Assembly: GCA_027366125.1 (NCBI GenBank)
Contig: DAHXKZ010000216.1
Coordinates: 1 to 47,172, forward strand
Reading direction: 5' to 3'
From: Phycisphaerales bacterium
Lineage (GTDB): Bacteria; Planctomycetota; Phycisphaerae; WQYP01
Length of the DNA: 47,172 nt
Shown here: piece after piece, positions 27,634 through 36,009 of the stretch
How positions within the stretch are numbered: the first letter of the stretch is position 1
How the letters are laid out: every line of letters starts with the position of its first letter
Translations under genes and position numbers: made by a program
The notes under the pieces: model-generated
What the model saw: the letters and a program-made list of their open reading frames with translations, nothing else
Databases searched by the model: none
Told to the model about the DNA's origin: nothing

Positions 27634-29871
27634 TTACCGCGCTGCGGCGCCGGCGGGCTGCGTTCTCATGTGCGCGATCACCAGCCGGATTTGATCATAG
27701 GAAACGGTCTCTCCCAGCGCAATGAAAATGGGCTTGGCCCATCCGTCGCCCATTTCCTTCACCACCGCGGAAATTTTTTCGTAAGTGGGTCGGTCCAGCC
27801 AGCAGTCGATATTCGCCGGGCGGGTTTGTTCAATGTAATGAGCCAGATATTCATGGACCGTGCTGGACTTGCGGCCGGTGGTTTGCGCCACCGCGGCAAT
27901 AGTGGCGCCGCTGCGGAACATGTCAAACGCTTCCTGCCGGGTTGCGGTGATGGTCACCACGGCACGTTCCGTAAACTTTGTCGTGAGGGGTTGATCTCGC
28001 GTGAGTTGCCGTTGGGCACATTGACCATTAAGAAAATCAATGGTGCGTTGGCCGAAGGCGGCAATTTTGGCGTCGCCGATGCCGTGGATCATGCGTAAAT
28101 TGGCCAAGGTACTGGGGCGGGATTGCGCCATGGCGCGTAACGTGGAGTCGCTGAACACAATATAAGGGGGCAAATCCTGCTCCCCGGCCACGGTTTTGCG
28201 GAACTCCCGCAGGGCGTCAAACAGACCGCGGTCCACGCCGTCCCAGTTGGCCGCTTCAGACTTGGCCGCCGCCGAATGCTCCACGGTTTCCAGCAATCGG
28301 ACAGTTTTTTTTCCGCGCATGACTTCCCAGGACGCCCCGTTAAGCTTGAGAATCGGGTATTCGGCGCCCTCCTGGGCCAGTACATCCTGGCCAATAAGCT
28401 GGTAAATAAAGTCGCGCAACTGAGCCTTCCCCGCCGCGGCCAGCAGGCCGAATGTTGGTAGTTTATCATGGCCCATGTCGCGGATGCGTTCGGTGTTTTC
28501 GCCGCGCAGCACGCTGATAACATGCCCCGCGCCAAAGCGTTCCTGCGCACGGGCCACCGCGGAAAGAATTTTTTGGGCGATCACCTGCCCATCGGCAACC
28601 ACCTTGTGATCGCCCAAACAAACGTCGCACCCGCCGCAGTTTTCGCTTTCATAGGTCTGCCCAAAGTATTCCACCAGGGCCCGATGCCGGCACGCGGCGC
28701 CGCGGGCGAAGCGGTCCATGTGGGCCAAATGTTCCAGGGCGCCGGCAACATGCGCCGTTTGTCCCGCTTCTGCCGCGGATTTTTCTATCAATGATTGCCA
28801 CGTTACGCTATCGGCGCCGGAGTACAGCAGCACGCATTCGGCCTCCAGGCCGTCGCGCCCGGCGCGGCCGGTTTCCTGCTGGTAATGTTCAATGGACTTG
28901 GGCATGCCGGTGTGAATGACAAACCGAATGTTGGACCGGTCAATGCCCATGCCAAAAGCCACGGTGGCCACCATCACGTCAATTTGTTCACGGATGAAGG
29001 CGTCCTGCGCCTTTTGCCGCTCCGGCGGGGTCATGCCCGCGTGATAGCGCGCGGCGCGGCGTCCGTTGGCGACCAGCGTGCGGGAAAGATCGTCCACTTC
29101 CCGCCGGCTTATGCAATAAATAATCCCGGCCTCCCCCTCATGCTTTGTTAGCAAATCCATGACCTGCTGCACCGCTAAACGTCGGCTGATCACGCGGTAG
29201 GTAAGGTTCGGCCGGTCAAAGTTGCCCACCAACACCTCGGGGTCGCGCAGACCGAGTTGATCGATAATATCCTGCCGCACCTGTTCGGTGGCCGTGGCGG
29301 TGAAGCCGTGAAAGGAGGCCTTGGGAAAAGTTTTCCGAAGCTCGGCCAGTTGCCGGTATTCCGGCCGAAAATCATGACCCCAGTGGCTGATGCAGTGGGC
29401 CTCATCAATGGCCACGCGCCGCACGTCAAGGTTCAGCAACCATTGGCGGAAACCGGGATTTGCCAGCCGTTCCGGGGAGACAAAAAGCATTTTGGCGGCG
29501 CCGGACCGCACCAGCGACATGCCTTCGTCGCGTTGGTCAGATGATTTCGAGCTATCCAACTGCACCGCGGGAATGTCCATTTCCAGCAGGCTGTCCACCT
29601 GGTCTTTCATCAACGCAATCAGCGGCGAAACGACAATGGTCAGCCCGGGCGAAACCACGGCGGGCGCCTGATAACAAATTGATTTGCCGCCGCCGGTGGG
29701 CAGCACCAAAAGCGAATCGCGCCCATCGAGCATGGCCTGCATGGCGGGGGCCTGCAATGGCCGCAGCGTGGAAAAACCCCAGTGGCGGGCGACAGCGTCA
29801 CGCAATGCTTTTTGGGAAGCCGTTGGCGTGGGCGAAACGGCCTGGGGTTGGGCGGCGGAGGCTTGCGGCAT
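27634..29871 (-). CDS. recQ: ATP-dependent DNA helicase RecQ with a C-terminal extension
   Basis: Motifs are LPTGGGKSICYQ, DEAHCISHWGHDFRPEY, a zinc-binding CRH...CGGCDVC and an HRDC-like region (LFDALREFR...VFSDSTLRAMA). About 130 additional C-terminal residues follow. Confidence 0.92.
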   Translation of the reverse strand: MPQASAAQPQAVSPTPTASQKALRDAVARHWGFSTLRPLQAPAMQAMLDGRDSLLVLPTGGGKSICYQAPAVVSPGLTIVVSPLIALMKDQVDSLLEMDIPAVQLDSSKSSDQRDEGMSLVRSGAAKMLFVSPERLANPGFRQWLLNLDVRRVAIDEAHCISHWGHDFRPEYRQLAELRKTFPKASFHGFTATATEQVRQDIIDQLGLRDPEVLVGNFDRPNLTYRVISRRLAVQQVMDLLTKHEGEAGIIYCISRREVDDLSRTLVANGRRAARYHAGMTPPERQKAQDAFIREQIDVMVATVAFGMGIDRSNIRFVIHTGMPKSIEHYQQETGRAGRDGLEAECVLLYSGADSVTWQSLIEKSAAEAGQTAHVAGALEHLAHMDRFARGAACRHRALVEYFGQTYESENCGGCDVCLGDHKVVADGQVIAQKILSAVARAQERFGAGHVISVLRGENTERIRDMGHDKLPTFGLLAAAGKAQLRDFIYQLIGQDVLAQEGAEYPILKLNGASWEVMRGKKTVRLLETVEHSAAAKSEAANWDGVDRGLFDALREFRKTVAGEQDLPPYIVFSDSTLRAMAQSRPSTLANLRMIHGIGDAKIAAFGQRTIDFLNGQCAQRQLTRDQPLTTKFTERAVVTITATRQEAFDMFRSGATIAAVAQTTGRKSSTVHEYLAHYIEQTRPANIDCWLDRPTYEKISAVVKEMGDGWAKPIFIALGETVSYDQIRLVIAHMRTQPAGAAAR

Positions 29872-30117
29872 GGCGGTTTAAACTCCCTCAAAAAACGGCG
29901 ATGTAATGGCGCTAAACTTGACGGAATTTTACCAGAAGCCGCCCGAAGAAGGAAAACCGGCGCCGAATTCTAAAGTTTGCGCATGGCCTGATACTCAATC
30001 GCCCGCCAATGCGCCCACGCCGCGGCACGGAAACAATCAAAATTAGGGCGTGTCACTTCCGCCAGCGCACGGTATAATAACGGCGTTGATATTTTACCGC
30101 AGTCGGAGATTCCGGCC

Positions 30118-31081
30118 ATGACTGTTGCCAAAGCACAATATACCTTGGACGATCTGTGGAACTGGCCCCAGGACGGAATGCGGCACGAATTAATTGACGG
30201 TGAGGTAACAACAATTGCGCCAAGCGGCTGGGACCATGGCGTCGCCGTATCTGACATCGGCATTCTCGTCGGGTCTTACGTAAGGTCGCGGCGTCTGGGC
30301 GTGACCGTGGGCGCCGAGACCGGATTTATTGTTCGGCAAAATCCGGACACGGTGTTGGCGCCGGATTTTGCCTTCGTCCGCGCCGCACGCCTGCCCGCCA
30401 AGCCATATCCCGTTAAGCCGTAGTTCCTAGCCATTCCGCCTATTAAGTTTTTGCAAACCCCTTGTAAATGGCGGTTTTTATGCCGTTTCGGCACACGAAA
30501 CAGCTTGTTTTGTACCCATGTGAATTGTGTTTATGTGCTTGACTTTATTGCGGTTTATTCTTACGCTGTGTGCATGTGCATTAAAAGAGATTTAACTCGC
30601 TCTCCGATGGTTTCGCCGCACTGTCGTGGACCTGCCATCCGCCGTTCCGCGTCGTTAAATCGCCAAATACACCGGTATTTCCCTTACGCGTTAACGCCCA
30701 GGCGTTGCAGGGCACCCCCAGGCTGAATTCCTGCCTGTGCCCAGTAAACCGGGGGCGAAAAATTGAGAAAAACCTTATTCCATGCGGGTTTTGTGATTTT
30801 TGCGGCAGGAACTACGGGTTAAGTTTTGGCCGGGCGTGCCCGACCTTGCCGCGGAGGTGGTGTCGCCGTCTGATCGGCCCAAAGACGTCGCCGCGAAGGC
30901 CCAAACCTGGCTGGATGCCGGAGTCAGGCTGGTATGGGTGGTCAATCCGCGGCAGCAGACTGTGACGGTATATTCGGCCGCTTGCCAACCGCGGGTGTTG
31001 CATTCAACGGACACCCTGGACGGCGGCGAAGTGCTGCCCGGATTCACGCTGGCGGTGGCGGAAATTTTCGCCCGGCCGTGA
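30118..31081 (+). pseudogene. Uma2-family (DUF820) endonuclease gene interrupted by a 400-bp insertion
   Basis: The N-terminal part (30118-30417, ...ELIDGEV...PDFAFV...AKPYPVK) runs into a stop inside the insertion. The C-terminal part (30824-31081, FWPGVPDLAAEVVSPSD...VWVVNP...) is in frame once 30418-30823 is removed. Confidence 0.8.
30418..30817. mobile_element. MITE-like non-autonomous element with 11-bp perfect terminal inverted repeats and a 6-bp target-site duplication
   Basis: The left end is CCGTAGTTCCT (30418-30428). The right end, AGGAACTACGG (30807-30817), is its exact reverse complement. Direct GTTAAG copies flank it at 30412-30417 and 30818-30823. The interior is noticeably more AT-rich and has no convincing ORF. 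Confidence 0.72.
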
Positions 31082-31088
31082 GCGGGCA

Positions 31089-32165
31089 TTATGGGCACAT
31101 GGGCGAACTGGCGATTACTTCATTTCCAAATGGCCTCTCCACGCTGACATTGGCCGCGCTTCCGTGCGAGACCGTTTTGAATCCCACCGGCAAAAACTGT
31201 TCAATCACGGCAATGTTGGTCGTGGCGTGCAGCGACAGCGGCAGCGTGCGGAATGTTCCGCCGGCCAGGGCCAATGGTATTAACAATTGGTCGGCAAGAT
31301 GGACTCCCACGGGGGCGTCGCTTTTCAAATACCGTCGCACATCTTGACTGACATGCTCCGCCACGCCTTCCGCGGTGACATTTTTGGCGCCAAAGCCGGT
31401 GATCACTTCCGTTACATTGGCATAGGCCAGTTGCGTCTGCAGTACATTTCCCGGACCGTGGGCCTCGGGCAATTCTTCCACATGAAATGCGTCTTGCGGC
31501 CAGGAAAGCCGTGACGCCAGCGTATGCAGTTCGCGTTGGGCGATGCTAACGGGCAATCCGGCGATAAATGCCGTGGCCTGGTAGCCGCGCAACTCTCCGC
31601 GCGTCAGAAGATTCAGCGGTTGCCAGACTTTCACGGGCTGTATGTCCACGGAAACATGGCCGCCGCCGGCCGGATAAAAGCCGCAGCGATGCAGCTTTGC
31701 CGTAACCGATGCGCCCATTCCCGCGAGCACCGGCAGGAATGCGTCCTGGATAAAATGATAGGTTGGCGCCATGGGGTTGTGCGTGCCGCCTTCCAGTTGC
31801 AGCGAGCTGGCGCCGTCGCCGGTCAGCAGCGCCGGCAGCACCGTTTGCAGCACCAACAGGGCGGACCCCGCGCTGCCAACTGAAAATTCATAATTTCCGG
31901 CCTTTATTGGCCCGGGCCGAAAGGCCAATTCGCCTGAACCTAAGTTCGCGCCGGAACTCGCGGCGCCACAGACTTCTGTGGCGGCTCGCACGGCGGTTAA
32001 ATGCTGGCGCAGCAGGCCCGGTTTGCGGCGGCCGGCGCGGATTTGCGTCATGTGAAATCCGCGACCGGTCAGCATGGAAAGGGCCAGGGCGGTGCGCAGA
32101 ATCTGGCCGCCGCCCTCGCCGGCCGTGCCATCCAGTAATACCAATGGGTCCGTGGGTGCAGGCAT
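31089..32165 (-). CDS. rtcA: RNA 3'-terminal phosphate cyclase
   Basis: 358-aa ORF. The N-terminus LDGTAGEGGGQILRTALALSMLTG, followed by RKPGLLRQHLTAV, is typical of RtcA. The start abuts the rtcB stop (TAAATG). Confidence 0.9.
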   Translation of the reverse strand: MPAPTDPLVLLDGTAGEGGGQILRTALALSMLTGRGFHMTQIRAGRRKPGLLRQHLTAVRAATEVCGAASSGANLGSGELAFRPGPIKAGNYEFSVGSAGSALLVLQTVLPALLTGDGASSLQLEGGTHNPMAPTYHFIQDAFLPVLAGMGASVTAKLHRCGFYPAGGGHVSVDIQPVKVWQPLNLLTRGELRGYQATAFIAGLPVSIAQRELHTLASRLSWPQDAFHVEELPEAHGPGNVLQTQLAYANVTEVITGFGAKNVTAEGVAEHVSQDVRRYLKSDAPVGVHLADQLLIPLALAGGTFRTLPLSLHATTNIAVIEQFLPVGFKTVSHGSAANVSVERPFGNEVIASSPMCP

Positions 32166-33698
32166 TTAGTCATCCGCCTTGTCTGAATCTTTAATGACAA
32201 ACCGCGCGCGCAGCCGCGCCACTTCCGTGGCCAGGTCGGCCGCCTCCACGCTGTGCAGCACCGCGTCGAAGTTTTTGTATGCGGCGGGGGCCTCATCCAT
32301 GGGATAACGCCGGCAGTTTGTTAAAATGTCCGCGGCGGCGAAACTTTCATCAATGGCCTGTTGGTTAAATTCCCGAATGGCGGCCTTGCGGCCCTTCACC
32401 CGGCCGGCGCCGTGGTTCACGCTAAACGCGCTCTTTTGGGCCCCTGGCTGCGCCACCATTACGCTGCTGCCCGCCTGCGGATTTCCTGGCAACAAAATAG
32501 GATGGCCGGTTTCATAAAACGGCGTGTCTTTCAGCGCATGATGCCGCGCGGGAAACGCCCGCGTTGCCCCTTTGCGATGTACCCACGCCAGACTGCTTCC
32601 GCCAGAGCCATGGCCTGAACTGCGCGTTGTGGTTTCCAACCGGGCGATGTTGTGGCTGATAAAATAAACCAGCTTTCCGATGGCGCCGGGAATTACTTCC
32701 TGAAACGCCTCCAGCACCAGCGCGTTAATAAGCATGTGGTTCACTGTAGCAAAGTTGGCGCCCAGAGCCATGTCGTCTAAGTAAGCATCCGCCTCCGTCG
32801 TTCCCAGTGGGGCGTACACCAGATGTTTATCATTGGCCGGCAACGGAATGCTCCATTCTAAAAAGTGCTTTTGCAACTGCCGAAACTGATGATCCGCAAG
32901 TTGATAACCAAACCCGCGCGAGCCGCAATGGGACAAAAACGCAATCCGGCCATCCAGCAGGCCGAAGGCGTCGGCCACCGCTTCCTGTCCCTTGCGCACC
33001 TGCACCACTTCACATTCGCCAAAGTGGTTGCCGCCGCCGTAAGAACCCAGTTGCGAGATTTTCTCCGCAAAATTCTTCAGCACGCCGGCGTCAATGAGTT
33101 TCTGCACGCGCGTTTGCAGGGTATCGGCGGCGCCGTCGTGGCCCACATGGTGGGAATCTTCGCAACGCTGCGCCCATTCCGGCGGAATGCCAATACTTTC
33201 ACAAACGCCCGTCGAGGCGCCTTCAACGGCCACGCGCCGGCCGAGTTCCGGCCCAACATGGCGCGACTTTTTCACGCTGCGCTGGCCGTGGCCGGCGCCG
33301 GTGGGCACGCGCTGCAAAATGGCGTTAATAATGGCCCGGCGCGTGCCGGCATCCTCCATTTCACTGGCCGGAATGTCCAACTGCAGCAGGCTCATGGAAC
33401 ATTTAATATCAACGCCTACCGGTCCAGGGTAAATGTGCGTGGGCGATACCAGCACACAGCCAATGGGGGCGCCGTAACCGCAGTGGGCATCGGGATTCAG
33501 CACCACTTCGGTAACGCCCGGCGCATCGCGTGAATTGAGCGCCTGTTGAACGCACAGGTCGTCAAACGTGGCGCGCACCTCCGGCGTGCCGATGACAGTA
33601 ATTGGGCTGAGGTTGGAATGCCGGGCCGGCAATATGGCCGTCGCCTCGCCGGTGCTGATAAATCCATATTTGTTTTCAGGGGCTGATTCAGAGTTCAT
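32166..33698 (-). CDS. rtcB: RNA-splicing ligase RtcB
   Basis: I chose the start at 33698 (MNSESAPENKYGF; AAGGAAGA upstream). Motifs are NPDAHCGYGAPIG, GGGNHFGE, HCGSRGFG and HRKGATRA. The 107-codon upstream extension in the ORF track runs through the ncRNA array and is rejected. Confidence 0.9.
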   Translation of the reverse strand: MNSESAPENKYGFISTGEATAILPARHSNLSPITVIGTPEVRATFDDLCVQQALNSRDAPGVTEVVLNPDAHCGYGAPIGCVLVSPTHIYPGPVGVDIKCSMSLLQLDIPASEMEDAGTRRAIINAILQRVPTGAGHGQRSVKKSRHVGPELGRRVAVEGASTGVCESIGIPPEWAQRCEDSHHVGHDGAADTLQTRVQKLIDAGVLKNFAEKISQLGSYGGGNHFGECEVVQVRKGQEAVADAFGLLDGRIAFLSHCGSRGFGYQLADHQFRQLQKHFLEWSIPLPANDKHLVYAPLGTTEADAYLDDMALGANFATVNHMLINALVLEAFQEVIPGAIGKLVYFISHNIARLETTTRSSGHGSGGSSLAWVHRKGATRAFPARHHALKDTPFYETGHPILLPGNPQAGSSVMVAQPGAQKSAFSVNHGAGRVKGRKAAIREFNQQAIDESFAAADILTNCRRYPMDEAPAAYKNFDAVLHSVEAADLATEVARLRARFVIKDSDKADD

Positions 33699-33757
33699 GT
33701 TGGTCTTCCTTATTAATGGCCGGCCATACGACCGGCATTCTGATGTTGTGCAATACC

Positions 33758-33892
33758 GGCAGCGACAAAAAATTGACGAAACAGGCAACGTGCTCTGCCA
33801 CTGAGCTACCGGTACGGCGGTTATGCCGCGCCCGGGCGGGAGTCGAACCCGCGACCTCGTTCTTACATGTAGTTCCGTCGGCATTCGCTGCC
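33758..33892 (-). ncRNA. Y-RNA-like ncRNA with a tRNA-like module (unit 3, proximal to rtcB)
   Basis: On the minus strand the 5' end GGCAGCGAATGCCGACGGAACTACATG pairs with the 3' end TTGTCGCTGCC. The T-arm is GCGGGTTCGACTCCCGC (33836-33852). A closed acceptor-like hairpin follows, then the D-arm GGTAGCTCAGTGGCAGAGCA (33791-33810). Confidence 0.65.
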
Positions 33893-33933
33893 GGTGGATT
33901 CTCCTGGCGTTATGCCATTTTCCGTGACCGCCA

Positions 33934-34044
33934 CGCCGGCGACAAATGGTGCGGAAACATTCGGAACCGCCGGCCTTGCGGCGTTGGCGGTCCCGGCGGG
34001 AGTCGAACTCGCGACGCATGTAGTTCCAGCGGCATTCGCCGGCG
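33934..34044 (-). ncRNA. Y-RNA-like ncRNA, shorter variant (unit 2)
   Basis: It has the same 5' motif (CGCCGGCGAATGCCGCTGGAACTACATG) pairing with the 3' end TTGTCGCCGGCG. A T-arm-like GCGAGTTCGACTCCCGC lies at 33996-34012. There is no D-arm. Confidence 0.5.
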
Positions 34045-34063
34045 TGTCGGCTTGGCTTAACAA

Positions 34064-34208
34064 GGGCGGCGACAAAAATTGGCGAAACATAGTACGGGCT
34101 CTATCCAGTTGAGCTACCGTCCGGCATGTTGCCATGCGAGACAGGCGGGAATCGAACCCGCAACCTCGTCCTCGGTAAGGATGTAGTTCCGCCGGCATTC
34201 GCCGCCCC
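34064..34208 (-). ncRNA. Y-RNA-like ncRNA with a tRNA-like module (unit 1, proximal to rsr)
   Basis: The 5' end GGGCGGCGAATGCCGGCGGAACTACATCC pairs with the 3' end TTGTCGCCGCCC. The T-arm is GCGGGTTCGATTCCCGC (34145-34161). The D-arm is GTAGCTCAACTGGATAGAGC (34098-34117). Confidence 0.65.
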
Positions 34209-34222
34209 GGATTCTTTACCAG

Positions 34223-35779
34223 TCAAATCCGCTGCTGTTCAATGATGCCAACCCAGTGATCGACTGACAACGCGCCCTTTTGAAACTGCGCCAGGACATC
34301 AAACACCGCGTCGCTAAAGCCGCCGATGTTCATAATATCCGGGCGCTCGGGCGCCTGCGTGGTGGCGTTGGGAACCAGGTCGATACACGCCATTCGCGCG
34401 TTCGGGCAGCGGGCCGCAACCGCGTTCCATTGCCGCAGCGTTTCCGTGCCCGGCAACAATGGATTGGTATCAATCCAGGACTGGTTGTCCGAGATAAATA
34501 TGACTAGGTCAACGTGCGCCTGGTGCGCGTTGAGCCACTGCAAGCCGGCTGAACAGTTCGTCCCGCCGCCGCCCACCGCCGCCAGCTTCTGCGCGTTGGT
34601 GAAAACGCTGTCGCGCGGATTAATGGCAAGTGGTACCACGTCAACATCAAAGGGCATGACGACGGCCTGCCGATTCTTGCGAACAATTGCCGCGGCTACC
34701 AGCGCTGCCACGTCCACACAGCGCACCGCCGATGTTGCCCCGCGCACGGTTCCGGTAATCGCCGACCGCATGGAACCGGAAACATCCGGGAACACGGCCA
34801 CATCGCCGGCAATTTCCGGTACATTGTCCACGGCAATTTCCACGGCGTCCTGCAACGCTTCGCACAGTTGCGCGGGTATTGCACGGTCCGCATGCGTGTA
34901 TGCCGCCAAAAGCTGATACGGCAGCGCCCGGGCCTTACGAATTAATTCCGCGTTACGCAACCGGTCAGCGATCACCGGTACAAGCGAAGCATCATTGAAC
35001 ACAGCGTGCCGGGCGAATGTGTTCAGGTTCATCCGCGTCATCTGCCACGGCGCATTGCGGGCAATTTCCGACCACTGGGCCGTGTTAAGCGGCAGGGCGG
35101 TGAGCATCTGAAACGGCACATCCGGCGGCGCCTGCGCCGCGCCGGCCTTAAACTCCTCAAACTGCCGCACCAGCAAAGGCAGCGCCTGTGCGTCATACGG
35201 TTGCCCAATAAGATACCCGAATAACGCCTGCCGGCTGGCGGTCCGCGGCTTCGGGTGGACCATCTTAATAATATCGGCCAGCGATGGATCGGCGCCAACA
35301 CAGCCGCGGAAAAGCTGCTCATCACTGTGGCGTTCCAAATAGTTGCGCACCATGCGCCGCGGCAGCGTGCCCAACGACTTGCGCCCAACCGCGCCGGAGC
35401 GCATGATCTGCACAAAGTTGCGCAGCATCCTGGGCGTGTCAATTACGCGGTCAAAAATTTCCGCCATTAGGCCCGGCGACCGCACCGAAAGCAACGCGCA
35501 CAACAACGCCGGGGCATCCTTCATGTGTCCGCTGGTTCGACCATACAAGGCTGCCTTGGCAATAAATTCCGGTTCAACCTGCGCGGCCACCTTCAGCGCC
35601 ATATCCAGTTGCTGGTGTTCCGTGGCGTAAAACGTGCGGGTCAGGCAGCCGGTGGCCGCAAACTGTGCCACGGCATGCCGGGGGCCAAAGCCGTAGGCTG
35701 GGGCGCGTTCGCTGTTGATGGCGTCCGTCGGCGGTACGTAGGCCCCACGCACAGAATGGAATAATGTTCGGCTGGCCAT
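34223..35779 (-). CDS. rsr: Ro60-related (TROVE domain plus vWA-like) protein Rsr
   Basis: I chose the start at 35779 (MASRTLFHSVRG; AAGGTG upstream). The TROVE-like N-terminal two-thirds include NSERAPAYGFGPRHAVAQF and FYATEHQQL. The C-terminus is vWA-like with a MIDAS motif (VFPDVSGSM). Confidence 0.82.
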   Translation of the reverse strand: MASRTLFHSVRGAYVPPTDAINSERAPAYGFGPRHAVAQFAATGCLTRTFYATEHQQLDMALKVAAQVEPEFIAKAALYGRTSGHMKDAPALLCALLSVRSPGLMAEIFDRVIDTPRMLRNFVQIMRSGAVGRKSLGTLPRRMVRNYLERHSDEQLFRGCVGADPSLADIIKMVHPKPRTASRQALFGYLIGQPYDAQALPLLVRQFEEFKAGAAQAPPDVPFQMLTALPLNTAQWSEIARNAPWQMTRMNLNTFARHAVFNDASLVPVIADRLRNAELIRKARALPYQLLAAYTHADRAIPAQLCEALQDAVEIAVDNVPEIAGDVAVFPDVSGSMRSAITGTVRGATSAVRCVDVAALVAAAIVRKNRQAVVMPFDVDVVPLAINPRDSVFTNAQKLAAVGGGGTNCSAGLQWLNAHQAHVDLVIFISDNQSWIDTNPLLPGTETLRQWNAVAARCPNARMACIDLVPNATTQAPERPDIMNIGGFSDAVFDVLAQFQKGALSVDHWVGIIEQQRI

Positions 35780-35885
35780 GATGCGACACCTTATTAAGTA
35801 GGCATTCCGGGCCGCGTTTGGCTTACCGAAAAGCCGCTTCGCGTGCGGGACATATAACAACGCTCGTACCAGGCTTGGCCCCGAC

Positions 35886-35900
35886 GCTTCAGATGTGCCC
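35886..35900 (-). promoter_or_regulatory. candidate sigma-54 (-24/-12) promoter for the rsr operon
   Basis: The minus strand reads GGGCACATCTGAAGC, against the consensus TGGCACG-N4-TTGC. The GG and GC dinucleotides have the correct 12-nt register, but the -12 flank is AAGC rather than TTGC. It lies about 107 nt upstream of the rsr ATG. Confidence 0.3.
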
Positions 35901-36009
35901 TAACCTATTGCTTATAAATGACTTGCGCACGGCACAGCGCATTGTGGCGAAAAACCCAGCCAACCGTTATCCTATCCCTTTGGATAAAATTACGAGAAGG
36001 CAGGATAGC

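Noticed and set aside
30421-30428. The octamer GTAGTTCC is shared between the MITE terminal repeat and the conserved 5' motif of the three Y-RNA-like units (seen as GGAACTAC on the other strand).
   Set aside because: The match is only 8 nt with no extended similarity on either side. It is most likely coincidence, although a genome-wide check would be cheap.
30451-30726. A 91-aa ORF inside the MITE-like element.
   Set aside because: It has no RBS and an odd Cys/Arg-rich composition, and it lies within a short TIR-bounded element far too small to encode a transposase. It is probably noncoding.
33699-34019. The 107-codon N-terminal extension of the rtcB ORF in the six-frame track (32166..34019).
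   Set aside because: The extension is Arg/Cys-rich nonsense-like sequence and runs through the tRNA-like/Y-RNA-like units. A good RBS (AAGGAAGA) and an RtcB-like N-terminus begin at 33698.
33791-34161. T-arm and D-arm matches that could be called as tRNA genes.
   Set aside because: The arms are in permuted order (T-arm, then closed acceptor-like hairpin, then D-arm). There is no anticodon arm and no free 3' acceptor end. They fit Y-RNA-type tRNA mimics rather than functional tRNAs.
35920-35945. CGGCACAGCGCATTGT on the + strand as a sigma-54 promoter for rtcR.
   Set aside because: The -12 element is off register by one nucleotide and reads TTGT rather than TTGC. rtcR genes are not normally sigma-54 dependent.
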